From Trueperaceae bacterium (GTDB taxonomy: Bacteria > Deinococcota > Deinococci > Deinococcales > Trueperaceae): a stretch of DNA of 64,000 nucleotides. Location of the stretch: NCBI GenBank assembly GCA_965214405.1, contig OZ243956.1, positions 3,520,001-3,584,000 on the forward strand. Reading direction: 5' to 3'. The position numbers and the translations under genes are program-made. The notes under the pieces were generated by a model. That model was not told where the DNA came from, did not search any database, and worked only from the letters and a program-made list of their open reading frames with translations. Shown in pieces: positions 1-9,673 of this stretch. How positions within the stretch are numbered: the stretch's first letter is position 1; every line of letters starts with the position of its first letter.

Positions 1-16
1 GACACGTCCTCTTTCA

Positions 17-1057
17 TCAGTCCACATGCTCCTCAAAATCCTGATGCTGCAGTGACCGCACCAGCAGCACGGGGATGATGAGCAAAAAGACGAGCACGTC
101 GCGGTAGGCCGAGGAGATGTAAAACGCGCTGAACTGCTCCGCCACGCCCACAAAAAGCGCCCCCAGCACCGCCACAAGCGGGTTGACCAGCCCGCCGATG
201 ATGGCCCCGACGAAGCCTTTTAGGCCGAGCAAAAAACCCAAATCATAAATCATTTTGGTGATGGGCGTAATCAGCACGCCCGCCACCGCGCTCAAAAAAA
301 CGGAGAGCGTAAAACTCAGGCTCCCCGCCCGCACCACGCTGATGCCCGAGAGTCGCGCGCCCAGCCGGTTCACCGCCGCCGCGCGGAGCGCCTTGCCGTA
401 AATAGTGTGGCTGAAAAATAGGTAGAGCAGGAGCATCAAGGAGCCGCTGATGACGAGCAGCCACACGGCCTGATAGGACAAAAACGCGGGGCCGATGTCC
501 ACCCCGCCGCTCCCAAAGGCGGGCAGGCTGTAGGGTTGCGGCCCCCAAAAGGCGAGCCCCAGGCCGGTCAGCGCGAGGTGAAGGCCGATGGTGAGGATGA
601 GAAACACGAGCACCGAGGCTCGAGGCAACGGCTGCACAATCAACCTGTAGCAAATGGGGCCGAGCAGCGTAGTGAGCGCCACCGCCAGGAGGAGTTGCAA
701 GGGATAGCTAAGGTCTACCCTTGTCGCCCAAAGCACGAGCGCATAAACGAGCGCCGCCCCAACCCAAGGCAAAAGGAGCCCCAGCCCCGCCCGCCGCCAC
801 GCCCCTTGCCGGAACGCGGCAGCCGCGTCAAACACGCCCCAAGCCACGAGACCCACCACCGCGATGTAGAGCGTACCCGGCACCTGCGCCGCGCCGAGGC
901 TCGCCGCCGAGAGCGCCGAGAGCATCACGAACTCGCCCTGCGCCACGTTGATCACGCTCGTGACAGAGTAGAGGACGACGATGCCCAGCGCCATGAGCGC
1001 GTAGATGGCCCCGTTGGTGAGGCCTTCAAAAAAGAGGATGATAGGTATGTCGAACAA
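17..1057 (-). CDS. Branched-chain amino acid-type ABC transporter permease (probable aromatic acid uptake)
   Basis: LivH-like N-terminus GLTNGAIYALMALG...NVAQGEF, GKALRAAAVN loop, multiple TM segments; downstream of SBP in hpa operon. Confidence 0.88.
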   Translation of the reverse strand: MFDIPIILFFEGLTNGAIYALMALGIVVLYSVTSVINVAQGEFVMLSALSAASLGAAQVPGTLYIAVVGLVAWGVFDAAAAFRQGAWRRAGLGLLLPWVGAALVYALVLWATRVDLSYPLQLLLAVALTTLLGPICYRLIVQPLPRASVLVFLILTIGLHLALTGLGLAFWGPQPYSLPAFGSGGVDIGPAFLSYQAVWLLVISGSLMLLLYLFFSHTIYGKALRAAAVNRLGARLSGISVVRAGSLSFTLSVFLSAVAGVLITPITKMIYDLGFLLGLKGFVGAIIGGLVNPLVAVLGALFVGVAEQFSAFYISSAYRDVLVFLLIIPVLLVRSLQHQDFEEHVD

Positions 1058-1096
1058 AATAGGATGAGGGGCGGGTTCTGCGCCCGCCCCTAAAGC

Positions 1097-2287
1097 TTAC
1101 TCGCCCGCTAGGGTCCAGTCATTGTCAACAATCTCGACGATGACCAGTGCGCGGTCATCCAGACCGAGGTGGTCCTCTGCGGTGTAATCAAACACGCCGC
1201 CCACGCCCGTAAAGGGGGTGATGGCCTCGAGCGAGTCCCGAATCGCCGCCCGCGCCGCCTCTAAGTCGCTCAAATCTGCCCCGTTGGCAACCGCGTCCTC
1301 AATCGCCAGTTGAAGAAGCTGATACGCGTCCCACGCGTGCCCGCCAAAGGTGCTCGCGGTGCCCGCGCCGTAAGCGGCTTCGTAATCCTCGATGTAACCC
1401 TGCGCCACCGCCTTGATGGGGTTGTCGTCCGCAAGCTCGTCCACCACAATCATCGGGCCTATGGGCAGCCGCACGCCCTCCGCCGCGTCTCCGGCCTGCT
1501 CCAAAAAGGTGGGGTTGCCGACGCCGTGGCTCACGTAGATTTGCCCGTCGAAGCCGCGGTCTCTGAGCGCCTGGACGACCAGCGCCGAATCGCGCACGAC
1601 GCCCCAGACGAGGACGGCGTCGGGGTTGCTCGAGACCGCCCGCAAGGTCTGCGGCGTGATGTTCGTGTCGGTGCGCCCGTAACGCTCAACCGTCGTAATC
1701 TCAATCGTAATCTCAATATCGTTCTCAGCCGCTAAATTCTGGAGCTCGACCAAGCCGCCCTCACCAAAAGCGTCGTCCAGACCCATAAAGGCCACTGTTT
1801 GAAGCCCCCTAGCCTGCATATCGTCCACAATGCCTTGAATCATCAGGCGGTCCGTCTGCGGCGTCTTAAAGACCCACGTGCGCTCCTCCACGGGCTCGAT
1901 GATAGACGCGGAGGCCGCCATTGAGACGGTTGGCACCTCCGCCTCCTGCACCGTGTCGATGATCGCCAACGAGTTCGCGGTGATGGTGCAGCAAATGACC
2001 GCGTGGACGTTCTCCTCTTCGATAAGGCGGCGCACGTTCGTCACCGCTTGCTGGGTATCGGTGGCGTCGTCTAAAAAGATAATTTCGACGGGCACGCCGC
2101 CGACGCCGCCCGCCGCGTTGAGCTGGTCCTGGAGCATCCTAAAGGTGTTCGCCTCGGGTTCGCCCAAGGCGGCGGCGGGACCCGTGGCGGACGCGACCGC
2201 GCCGATGCGGATGGTCTGGGCGAGGGCGGCACCGGTTACAAAAATCAGGACGGTAAGGGAAACGACGAGCCTGCGGGCAAACCTCAT
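1097..2287 (-). CDS. ABC transporter substrate-binding protein, Leu/Ile/Val (PBP type 1) family
   Basis: Signal peptide, IRIGAVASATGPAAALG, GGV.G.PVEIIFLDD motifs; AGGAGG RBS. Confidence 0.88.
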   Translation of the reverse strand: MRFARRLVVSLTVLIFVTGAALAQTIRIGAVASATGPAAALGEPEANTFRMLQDQLNAAGGVGGVPVEIIFLDDATDTQQAVTNVRRLIEEENVHAVICCTITANSLAIIDTVQEAEVPTVSMAASASIIEPVEERTWVFKTPQTDRLMIQGIVDDMQARGLQTVAFMGLDDAFGEGGLVELQNLAAENDIEITIEITTVERYGRTDTNITPQTLRAVSSNPDAVLVWGVVRDSALVVQALRDRGFDGQIYVSHGVGNPTFLEQAGDAAEGVRLPIGPMIVVDELADDNPIKAVAQGYIEDYEAAYGAGTASTFGGHAWDAYQLLQLAIEDAVANGADLSDLEAARAAIRDSLEAITPFTGVGGVFDYTAEDHLGLDDRALVIVEIVDNDWTLAGE

Positions 2288-2349
2288 ATTTCCTCCTTGT
2301 GCGCTTTATGAAGCGCGTGTGATGCGTTGAGGCGCATCGTATCACATCG

Positions 2350-3333
2350 CTACGTCGCCACCACCGGACGCTCCCGCATCACCGGCTCTTGAACCTTGAC
2401 GCCCTCGAACGGTGTCCCCTCCTCAAACCAAGATTTCGGGGCCGCGTGCCCCCACAGCGTCTGCCGCTGTGGGTCGTCCAGCGTCCAGCGGATAGGCTCG
2501 AAATCGGGGTCCACGGTGAGATAATCCGAAGTAAAAAGCTCGGTGCGGTGGCCGTCGGGGTCGCGGATGTAGAGAAAGAATGCGTTGGTGATGCCGTGCC
2601 GTCCGGGGCCGCGCTCGAGCCGCTCCACATGTCCCGTCGTCGCCAAAAGGTCACAAGTATGGATGATATTCATCGCCGTGGGCACCCACACGCCGACGTG
2701 GTGGAGCCGCGGCCCCCGCCCGTTGGTGAGCGCCACGTCGTGCGTGTTGCCCTTGCGGTGCATCCACACCGCCCAGAGCCGCGGGTTCTCGCCCTCGGTC
2801 TCGGTGTACTCGGTGGTGCGAAAGCCCAGACTCGCGTAAAAGTCGTGCGTCCCCTGCGTGTCGTTGCTAAAGAGGTTGAAGTGGTCGATGCGCATGACCT
2901 GCGCGCCCTTATATTCGCCGTAGCGTTGCAGGCTGCGCTCGACGCTCTCCATTTTGTAGTAGAACTCGAGCGGCATCCCGAACGGGTCCACCATGTGCAG
3001 CGTCCGTCCCTGCGCGTGCTTGTCTACCCAAGAGGTCGGCAAGTTTTGGCTCGAGAAAAACGCCTCGGCCCCATCCAAATCTGCTTCACTCGCCACTTTG
3101 TAAGCCAACCGCTTGGCGACGGGCGCGTCCGTTTTGGTGAGGACGAAGGAATGGTGGTTGCGCTCCTCGAGCCCGCGCAAATAAAGCGTGTCTTGGGTGC
3201 GCTCCGTTTCTATTAAACCGAGGATATTTACGTAGAAGGCGCTCGAGCGTTCCAAATCAGTCACACCCAACTCGATGTGAGAGAGCCGCACGATGTTGAA
3301 GGGCGGGTCTGTGTTGGCCTGTTGAATGGGCAT
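2350..3333 (-). CDS. hpaD: 3,4-dihydroxyphenylacetate (homoprotocatechuate) 2,3-dioxygenase, VOC-type
   Basis: RIDHFN, HDVALTNGRGPRLHH, ERGPGRHGITNAFFLYIRDPDGHRTE, QRQTLWG motifs; hpa context. Confidence 0.92.
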   Translation of the reverse strand: MPIQQANTDPPFNIVRLSHIELGVTDLERSSAFYVNILGLIETERTQDTLYLRGLEERNHHSFVLTKTDAPVAKRLAYKVASEADLDGAEAFFSSQNLPTSWVDKHAQGRTLHMVDPFGMPLEFYYKMESVERSLQRYGEYKGAQVMRIDHFNLFSNDTQGTHDFYASLGFRTTEYTETEGENPRLWAVWMHRKGNTHDVALTNGRGPRLHHVGVWVPTAMNIIHTCDLLATTGHVERLERGPGRHGITNAFFLYIRDPDGHRTELFTSDYLTVDPDFEPIRWTLDDPQRQTLWGHAAPKSWFEEGTPFEGVKVQEPVMRERPVVAT

Positions 3334-3336
3334 AAA

Positions 3337-4830
3337 TTAATCTGCGGGAACTGCTTCTGCTTGCGTCTCTACCACGCTCAACTCATCGCTTTGCTCCAAA
3401 AACGCCTTGATTCGCTCCACATAAGGCTCCTTGTCGTACCCCTCGTAAAGCGCGCACTGCGTCCTCACCGGGTCGCCGAAGAAGAACTTTTCGTACAAGT
3501 TTTGCCGCGCGCCAAATGACGAAATCGTCATGTCCCAGGCGAGGCGGTAGAGCTTTATACGTTCTTCCGCGCTGGCGTTGCGGGCTTGCAAGAACTTGTC
3601 GATTTTGTCGCCCATCGGCCCCTTGCGGTCCGCCTCGGTAGGAATCATGATGAGGCCCGACGCGCTTAGGAGCTGGATGATTTCGTTCATCCGCGGATAG
3701 AGCTGCGGGTAGAGGTTGCGCGCGGCGTTGATGGGTCCCTTGGCGGGCGTCATCGTGCCCCACTGGTCGGGCTCGGCTCCCTCCTCGGCGGCGAGCTTGA
3801 GCGCCTTCATGACTTCTAGGTTGAGGATAATCTCAGCGACTTTTTGCTGCACGTGCTGAAACTGGCCGCTGCCGATGGTGTCCACGATGGCCTGCGCCAC
3901 CCCCAAAAACGCCTCGGTCTTGGCGATTTTGCCGGTCACGACCTGGTGCGCCATCTGATAAACCGCGCCCGTCGTGCCGTACGCGCGGTTGGCGAGCTTC
4001 ACGTTGTTCATCAGGAAAACGCGGTCCCAGGGCACCAGCACGTCGTCAAAGTAGACCATCGCGTCCATCTCGTCGAAGCGAGAGCCTAACGGATGGTCTT
4101 CATGCGAGCGGCCTATATCTAAGGGCTCCCGGCATTGAAAAGACACGCCCGGCGTATTGCAGGGCACCGCAAAGGCGAGCGCGTAGCGCGTCAGCTCCTC
4201 CTGCTCTTTGAGGACCGTTGAGGGGAATATCAGAATCTCGTCCGCTATCGGCAACGTCGCCATCATCCGCGCGCCGCGCACGATGATGCCCTCGTCGGTC
4301 TCGCGCACGAGGCCCAGCGCAATGTAGGGGTCGTCCATTTCGTCCGCCCTCGCCGAGCGGTTCACCTGCGGGTTGGTCAGCGCGTGCGTCAAGCAGAGGT
4401 CGTTCTCGCGCACGTGCTCGTAGTAGCGGCGCATGTTCTCGCCAAAACGCGGGTCGCACCCCGCGAAATAATCCGCCGCCTGCGCCGCCGCCATCACGTT
4501 GACGTTGAGGTAGTCCGGCGCGCGCCCGATAAAGCCCAGCGAGGCGTCCGCCCAGACCTTGTGCATCTTTGCGCGGCGCTGTAAGTCCTCTTTTGTTCTG
4601 GGCACCATAAAGCTCATGCCCACACGCTCACCCGTCGTCGGGCTTTCATACGTCATCACGTCTTGCAACTCGGGTACGTGCTGCAAATCATAAAGGTGGG
4701 CGATGGACGCCGCCGCGTTTTTCGTGTGCGGGTGGGTGGTCGGGTCGGCGACCTTTTCGCCGTCCACGTAGATGTTGGGCGGGTTGCGCTTTAGGCCCTC
4801 TAAAAACTCTTTTCCGGTGCGTGCTGGCAT
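3337..4830 (-). CDS. hpaB: 4-hydroxyphenylacetate 3-monooxygenase, oxygenase component
   Basis: Start re-assigned to [10 protein letters not shown] at 4830 (AGGAGG RBS); [36 protein letters not shown] motifs. Confidence 0.93.
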   Translation of the reverse strand: MPARTGKEFLEGLKRNPPNIYVDGEKVADPTTHPHTKNAAASIAHLYDLQHVPELQDVMTYESPTTGERVGMSFMVPRTKEDLQRRAKMHKVWADASLGFIGRAPDYLNVNVMAAAQAADYFAGCDPRFGENMRRYYEHVRENDLCLTHALTNPQVNRSARADEMDDPYIALGLVRETDEGIIVRGARMMATLPIADEILIFPSTVLKEQEELTRYALAFAVPCNTPGVSFQCREPLDIGRSHEDHPLGSRFDEMDAMVYFDDVLVPWDRVFLMNNVKLANRAYGTTGAVYQMAHQVVTGKIAKTEAFLGVAQAIVDTIGSGQFQHVQQKVAEIILNLEVMKALKLAAEEGAEPDQWGTMTPAKGPINAARNLYPQLYPRMNEIIQLLSASGLIMIPTEADRKGPMGDKIDKFLQARNASAEERIKLYRLAWDMTISSFGARQNLYEKFFFGDPVRTQCALYEGYDKEPYVERIKAFLEQSDELSVVETQAEAVPAD

Positions 4831-5378
4831 TATGCCTCCTTTATGGCTTCTTGAATGCGAGTGAGTGCTCCTCTTGAACGCCTGTTTCCTTGAGAAATTA
4901 GGTTGAAGTATTCGAGAACTTCTTCGTGACAATCAATGTCTTGACTGAAAAAGTTTAGAATCTCAGTGCGGATTTTTTGGTCAATAGTTCCGTCTGTAAA
5001 AGTAGTCACGGTGGCTGAGAGTTTAGGCTCCACCTGAAATTCTTTCTCAATTATTACGTCTTTTAGAAGCTCATTTTTATCAAGCGTGTGTATGTGATAG
5101 CTGGCAAACCATCGACAGCCCTTCCACTCGAGCCCCACTGTGTACTCAAGCGTTGGTTTGTGCTCAACTTTTAACCGCCCTAGTGCTCCAACATAACCAT
5201 CTACCCAATCTTCAAATTGAGTCGAGTAAACGTCGGTATCTAGGTGAAAACGCGGACTTCTAACTGAGCGAACTTCTGTTTTTGTAATAAGTGCGCGTTC
5301 AAAAGTTCGTAGCCGATACTGAAGAACGCTCACAGCATCGACAAACCGTGCCAGATTAAGAATCTCCGAATCCATCAA
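4830..5378 (-). CDS. Hypothetical protein, lower GC than flanks
   Basis: 182-aa ORF with RBS; its stop overlaps the hpaB start (TAATG) and its 3' end carries the hpaB RBS. Confidence 0.6.
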   Translation of the reverse strand: MMDSEILNLARFVDAVSVLQYRLRTFERALITKTEVRSVRSPRFHLDTDVYSTQFEDWVDGYVGALGRLKVEHKPTLEYTVGLEWKGCRWFASYHIHTLDKNELLKDVIIEKEFQVEPKLSATVTTFTDGTIDQKIRTEILNFFSQDIDCHEEVLEYFNLISQGNRRSRGALTRIQEAIKEA

Positions 5379-5389
5379 CTTTTACCTTC

Positions 5390-5767
5390 TCAGACCACTT
5401 CATTGTACTTGAATACTTTGATGACGTAGCCGTTCGGGTCCTCGACAAAAAACCCGTAGGGTCCCTTTTCATGGCGGTAAAGCTCTCTCATGTCGCGGCC
5501 CATCTTTGCTCGAGCCTCTAGTCTCCCATACATCTCGTCCACCGCCCCAAAGTCGGCAAGCTCGAGGCCCAGATAGGTGATGCTCGAGGCAGAAAGCACC
5601 TCGTCCGAACGGTCAAAAATTAAGGTGAAACCATCCGCCAAACTCAGCCACAACCGCCCAATATTGGGGTCAAAGTTGGCTTCTTCTAAACCCAACGTAT
5701 CTTTGTAAAAGGCTCGAGTGCGCTCCAAGTCGTTTGTGCGGAGGGCGATGTGCTGAAGTCTTGCCAC
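5390..5767 (-). CDS. VOC/glyoxalase family protein
   Basis: LQHIALRTNDLERTRAFY..LGL and FFVEDPNGY motifs. Confidence 0.85.
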   Translation of the reverse strand: MARLQHIALRTNDLERTRAFYKDTLGLEEANFDPNIGRLWLSLADGFTLIFDRSDEVLSASSITYLGLELADFGAVDEMYGRLEARAKMGRDMRELYRHEKGPYGFFVEDPNGYVIKVFKYNEVV

Positions 5768-5768
5768 G

Positions 5769-6164
5769 TCAGCCCGTCTCTGGAGGGCTCGAGTACGAAA
5801 TAAATTCCAGCAGTGATCCGTCGGGGTCGCGGAAGTAGACGCTCGAGCCTATACCTTTGGCTCCGGACCGTTCCACAGGCCCCAGCTCCACCTCGACGCC
5901 GCACGCTTCCAGATGCGCCTGCGCCTCCTCTATCGGCCCAGGCCACTCAAAGCACAGGTCGCTGCCGCCCGGCTGCACAGGGAGCTTGGCAACGGGCGTG
6001 GCGTCTACACCGGGGCCGTGCAAATTGATCTGCGCCTCACCGAAGCGGTATGACCGGCCTGAACCGTTGGGGACGACTTCGGCCCCCAAAACATCTTGGT
6101 AAAAGGCGTTTGAACGCTCCCAGTCGGAGACGTGGAGGACGCTATGGTCGAGTTTGACGTTCAT
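5769..6164 (-). CDS. VOC/glyoxalase family protein (GLOD5-like)
   Basis: LDHSVLHVSDWERSNAFY, PGGSDLCF, GPVERSGAKG, SVYFRDPDGSLLEF. Confidence 0.88.
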   Translation of the reverse strand: MNVKLDHSVLHVSDWERSNAFYQDVLGAEVVPNGSGRSYRFGEAQINLHGPGVDATPVAKLPVQPGGSDLCFEWPGPIEEAQAHLEACGVEVELGPVERSGAKGIGSSVYFRDPDGSLLEFISYSSPPETG

Positions 6165-6601
6165 GTACGCACCTCTTCCGGATGAACCGGCTTAACGTCT
6201 GAATAACGCTCGAAATCTTTGATGTTCAGCGTGAGGAGGTTTTCGATGTTGTGCGTCTGCATCGCGGCGACTAGGCGGGCGTCGTGGACTTGTTTACCCT
6301 TGACGTCGAAGCGGGCGACAAGCTCGAGCCAATGCGCAAGCAAATCGGGTGTGTCATTGAGCAGGATGAAACTTGAGCGTAAAAGCTCAACCGCCTCCTC
6401 CGTTCGTCTCGTACTCCACCCCAAGCCGTTGCTGCTTGTCAGGCGCGTCGCCACCGCCCAAAGTTCATAAAGGTTTTGAGGCACAATCGCAAGCTCATTA
6501 CCCTGATTGAGGAGTGCTTTGGTCGCCTCAGAAATCAATGGGTACTGCGGCGCGTTGATGTTCGCCAAGCGTAAGCAGATGTTGGTGTCGAGAAGGACCA
6601 T
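6161..6601 (-). CDS. PIN-domain (VapC-like) toxin
   Basis: VLLDTNI, PQNLYE, GKQVHDARLVAAM, LLTLNIKDF PIN acidic motifs. Confidence 0.88.
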   Translation of the reverse strand: MVLLDTNICLRLANINAPQYPLISEATKALLNQGNELAIVPQNLYELWAVATRLTSSNGLGWSTRRTEEAVELLRSSFILLNDTPDLLAHWLELVARFDVKGKQVHDARLVAAMQTHNIENLLTLNIKDFERYSDVKPVHPEEVRT

Positions 6602-6870
6602 CAGTCGTAAATTGAATCTCTACTGACCGCCCAATCGGAAAGAGCCGGTGCATCATTATCCCCAAAGCGCCTCGCCCACGCCTCAAAGTCTCGAGCCCGC
6701 TCTTCAGGCGTCATGTTCGCCCATCTCGGCCCCCATTTGGATTGGGGCGCTGTACGCTCGAGCCTCACCTTAAAACTCGTGTGCGGCTGAACGTCGCCAA
6801 GCTGTTCTTTTGAGATATGAAGTTCGCCGTTCTCATCCGTTTCGACCTCCAACTCGACCACGTCCGCCAT
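6601..6870 (-). CDS. Putative antitoxin cognate to the PIN toxin
   Basis: 89 aa, C-terminal LSDWAVSRDSIYD typical of VapB-like partners; TGATG overlap with toxin. Confidence 0.75.
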   Translation of the reverse strand: MADVVELEVETDENGELHISKEQLGDVQPHTSFKVRLERTAPQSKWGPRWANMTPEERARDFEAWARRFGDNDAPALSDWAVSRDSIYD

Positions 6871-6876
6871 ACGCGT

Positions 6877-8415
6877 CTATCCCTTCCCCAGCTTTGGAAT
6901 GGCGTGCTCCCCCAGCGCCACCGCGATGTTCTTCGTTTCCATATAAAAGTCAAACGAGTAGTCGCCCCCGTCGCGCCCGATGCCCGACGCTTTCATCCCG
7001 CCAAAGGGCGTGGGCAGGTGGCGGACGTTATGCGAATTCACCCAGACCATCCCGGCCTCGAGCCCCCCCGCAAACTGGTGCGCCCGCGTCACGTCTTTTG
7101 TCCATAGGTAGGCGGTGAGGCCGTACTTGACGCCGTTGGCGAGTTCTAACGCCTCCGCCTCATCTTTAAAAGGAATCGCGGTGAGGACGGGGCCGAAAAT
7201 CTCCTCCTGAGCGATGCGCATGGTGTTCGTTGCGCCTGTAAAGAGCGTGGCGTTGACGAAGTTACCCTCTAAAGTCTCACCCCCCGCCGCGACGGTTGCG
7301 CCCTCTTCTTCTGCAAGGCCGACGTAGCTCCGCACCTTTTCCAAATGCTTGGGATGAATCAGCGGGCCGATTTCGGTGGCGGGGTCGAGGGGGTCGCCCA
7401 CTTTTATCTTCTTGGCGCGTTCGGCCAGCCGCAGCGTGAAGTCGTCGTAGATGCTCGCTTCGATTAAGACGCGGCTCGAGGAGGTGCAACGCTCGCCGTT
7501 GAGCGAGTAAATCATGAACAGGGCGGCGTCCAAAGCGCGCTCTATATCTGCGTCGGCAAAAACGACCACCGGATTCTTGCCGCCAAGCTCAAAATGAACC
7601 CGCTTCAAGGTCGGCGCGCCCTGCGCCATAATAAGCGAGCCCGTGAGGCTTTCGCCCACGAAAGCGATGGCCTTGATTTCGGGATGCTCGGTCAGCGCCT
7701 TGCCCGCGCTCTCGCCGTAGCCGTTGACCATGTTGACGACGCCCTTTGGCAGCCCCGCCTCGTTCATGAGGTCGTGCAGGCGCATTGCGGTGACGGGGCT
7801 CCACTCGGCGGGCTTGTGGACCACCGTGCAGCCCGCGGCCAAAGCCGGGGCGATTTTCCAGGTGGAGAGCATGAAGGGCGTGTTCCAGGGGGTAATCACC
7901 CCCACCGGGCCGATGGGCTGGCGCAGCGTGTAGTTGAGAAAGCCCTCGGTGGGGAGGCTCAAACCGTCACGCGCGCCCTCGCACCTGTCGGCAAAAAAGC
8001 GGAAGTTCTGCGCCCCACGCACCGCCGCCTTGCTCATAAAGCGAATCGGCTGGCCGGTGTCGAGGCTTTCTAGGAGCGCAATCTCGTCGGCGTTTTGTTC
8101 AATGAGGTCGGCAACATTGTGGAGGAGTTCTTTGCGCTCCGCCGCGCTCAGGTCGCGCCAGGCGGGAAAGGCGTCTCGAGCCGCCGTCGCCGCCCTGTCA
8201 ACGTCCTCAGCGTCTCCCGAAGCGACGGTGCAAATGACGGAATTGTCAATGGGTGAAAGCGTCTCGAAGGTCTCACCCGACACTGAGCCGAGCCACTCGC
8301 CGTTGACGAAATGCCTGACGCCTCGAGCCGCAACATGCTCGCGGTAGCCGTCGGCCCTGGACCGGTTGACCGCCGCCTTGTCAGGCGTACTTAAAGTAGA
8401 CGCCACCCCGCTCAC
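6877..8415 (-). CDS. hpaE: 5-carboxymethyl-2-hydroxymuconate semialdehyde dehydrogenase
   Basis: ALDH motifs ITPWNTPFMLSTWKIAPALAAG, FELGGKNP, SLNGERCTSSSR, QEEIFGPV; hpa context. Confidence 0.92.
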   Translation of the reverse strand: MSGVASTLSTPDKAAVNRSRADGYREHVAARGVRHFVNGEWLGSVSGETFETLSPIDNSVICTVASGDAEDVDRAATAARDAFPAWRDLSAAERKELLHNVADLIEQNADEIALLESLDTGQPIRFMSKAAVRGAQNFRFFADRCEGARDGLSLPTEGFLNYTLRQPIGPVGVITPWNTPFMLSTWKIAPALAAGCTVVHKPAEWSPVTAMRLHDLMNEAGLPKGVVNMVNGYGESAGKALTEHPEIKAIAFVGESLTGSLIMAQGAPTLKRVHFELGGKNPVVVFADADIERALDAALFMIYSLNGERCTSSSRVLIEASIYDDFTLRLAERAKKIKVGDPLDPATEIGPLIHPKHLEKVRSYVGLAEEEGATVAAGGETLEGNFVNATLFTGATNTMRIAQEEIFGPVLTAIPFKDEAEALELANGVKYGLTAYLWTKDVTRAHQFAGGLEAGMVWVNSHNVRHLPTPFGGMKASGIGRDGGDYSFDFYMETKNIAVALGEHAIPKLGKG

Positions 8416-9194
8416 GCGCTCACCTCTTCTTTAGTTTCCATTTCCCCCTCCAGTGTCTCGGCAACCACGCGGTTCTCGAGCACCCCCACCCCCTCAACCT
8501 CACAACGAATCACGTCCCCTGGATTCACGTGCGAGATGCCCTTGGGCGTGCCCGTCAAAATCACGTCGTTCTCCTGTAACGTCATAAATTCGCTTACATA
8601 CTCGATAATGTCGGCAATCTTGTAAACCATGTTCGCCGTGTTGCCCTCTTGCCGCTTCTCCCCGTTCACAAGGGTTTGCAAGCGCAAGTTCTGCGGCTCC
8701 GGCACCGCCGCCGCGTCCACCCACCACGGCCCCATCGGCAGAAAGGTATCAAAGTTTTTGGGCTTGATGGGCGGGCGGAAGTGGTTGATGACGAAGTCGC
8801 GCACGACCAAGTCGTTGGCGACGGTGTAGCCCTTGACGTACTCGAGCGCATCCTTAGCCCTCACCCGCCGCGCCGGTTTGCCGATGATGACGGCCAACTC
8901 GTTTTCATAATGCATGTACTCGACACCGTGGGGCCTGATGATGGTTCCCAGATGTCCAACGAGAGCGTTACGAAGCTTGGGAAAAAGCGCGGGCTGGTCC
9001 GGCTTGTCTAAGTCCAACTCCGCCGCGTGGTCGCTGTAGTTGAGCGCGAGCGCGAGGATCGTGCCCACCTCGACGGGGGGAAGCCACGTCACCTCGTCTT
9101 GCGCGTAGTGGCGTCCAGAAGCCGTGACGACGCGCTCGTCTTGAATGGTGACGTCTTCATAGTGACCGTTAACGATGACTCGAGCGCGCTTCAT
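8412..9194 (-). CDS. hpaG: Fumarylacetoacetate hydrolase family isomerase/decarboxylase (HpaG C-terminal subunit type)
   Basis: ALALNYSDHAAEL, YMHYENEL, KNFDTFLPMGP, DVILTGTPKG. Confidence 0.85.
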   Translation of the reverse strand: MKRARVIVNGHYEDVTIQDERVVTASGRHYAQDEVTWLPPVEVGTILALALNYSDHAAELDLDKPDQPALFPKLRNALVGHLGTIIRPHGVEYMHYENELAVIIGKPARRVRAKDALEYVKGYTVANDLVVRDFVINHFRPPIKPKNFDTFLPMGPWWVDAAAVPEPQNLRLQTLVNGEKRQEGNTANMVYKIADIIEYVSEFMTLQENDVILTGTPKGISHVNPGDVIRCEVEGVGVLENRVVAETLEGEMETKEEVSA

Positions 9195-9673
9195 AGCCGT
9201 TGTGCCCTTTGCTGTACCGAAGCAGCCAGCTTGGTCATAAACGGCTTGTCTCTCTCTACATCAAAAGGTCTCGAGTTCCTTTCCTCCGCGTTGTAACCGA
9301 CGTAAACAGGAACTCTGCGTTTCTCTTCAAGCTCCGACAGGTATCTTGGGTGGATGTGCGCGTGCAAGGCGGGATCGGTATTTCCCAGAATGGAATAGTT
9401 GATTCTGTAGGCTTCCGTCACCTCCAAAAGCGCGTCACCAACAGAGCTCATGTCGCTCAGGTATTGGAGACGTTGCTGCGTGGACAAGTCGTTAAGGTCT
9501 CCAACCACGGGGTCGGGCAGCAGCAGAGCGTAGCCTTGGATGTGCTGCTGGTCACCCAACACAACCCAGCCCGAGGGAACGCTGCATATGGCGGTGGGGT
9601 TTTCGCCCCGCTGAGCAGCGCGTACTCTTTGGTGGATGAGCGTAGCGCCCTCTTTGGTCTCTAAGCTTGTCAT
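9191..9673 (-). CDS. HIT family hydrolase
   Basis: RINYSILGNTDPALHAHIHPRY histidine triad; overlaps both neighbours by 4 nt. Confidence 0.85.
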   Translation of the reverse strand: MTSLETKEGATLIHQRVRAAQRGENPTAICSVPSGWVVLGDQQHIQGYALLLPDPVVGDLNDLSTQQRLQYLSDMSSVGDALLEVTEAYRINYSILGNTDPALHAHIHPRYLSELEEKRRVPVYVGYNAEERNSRPFDVERDKPFMTKLAASVQQRAQRL

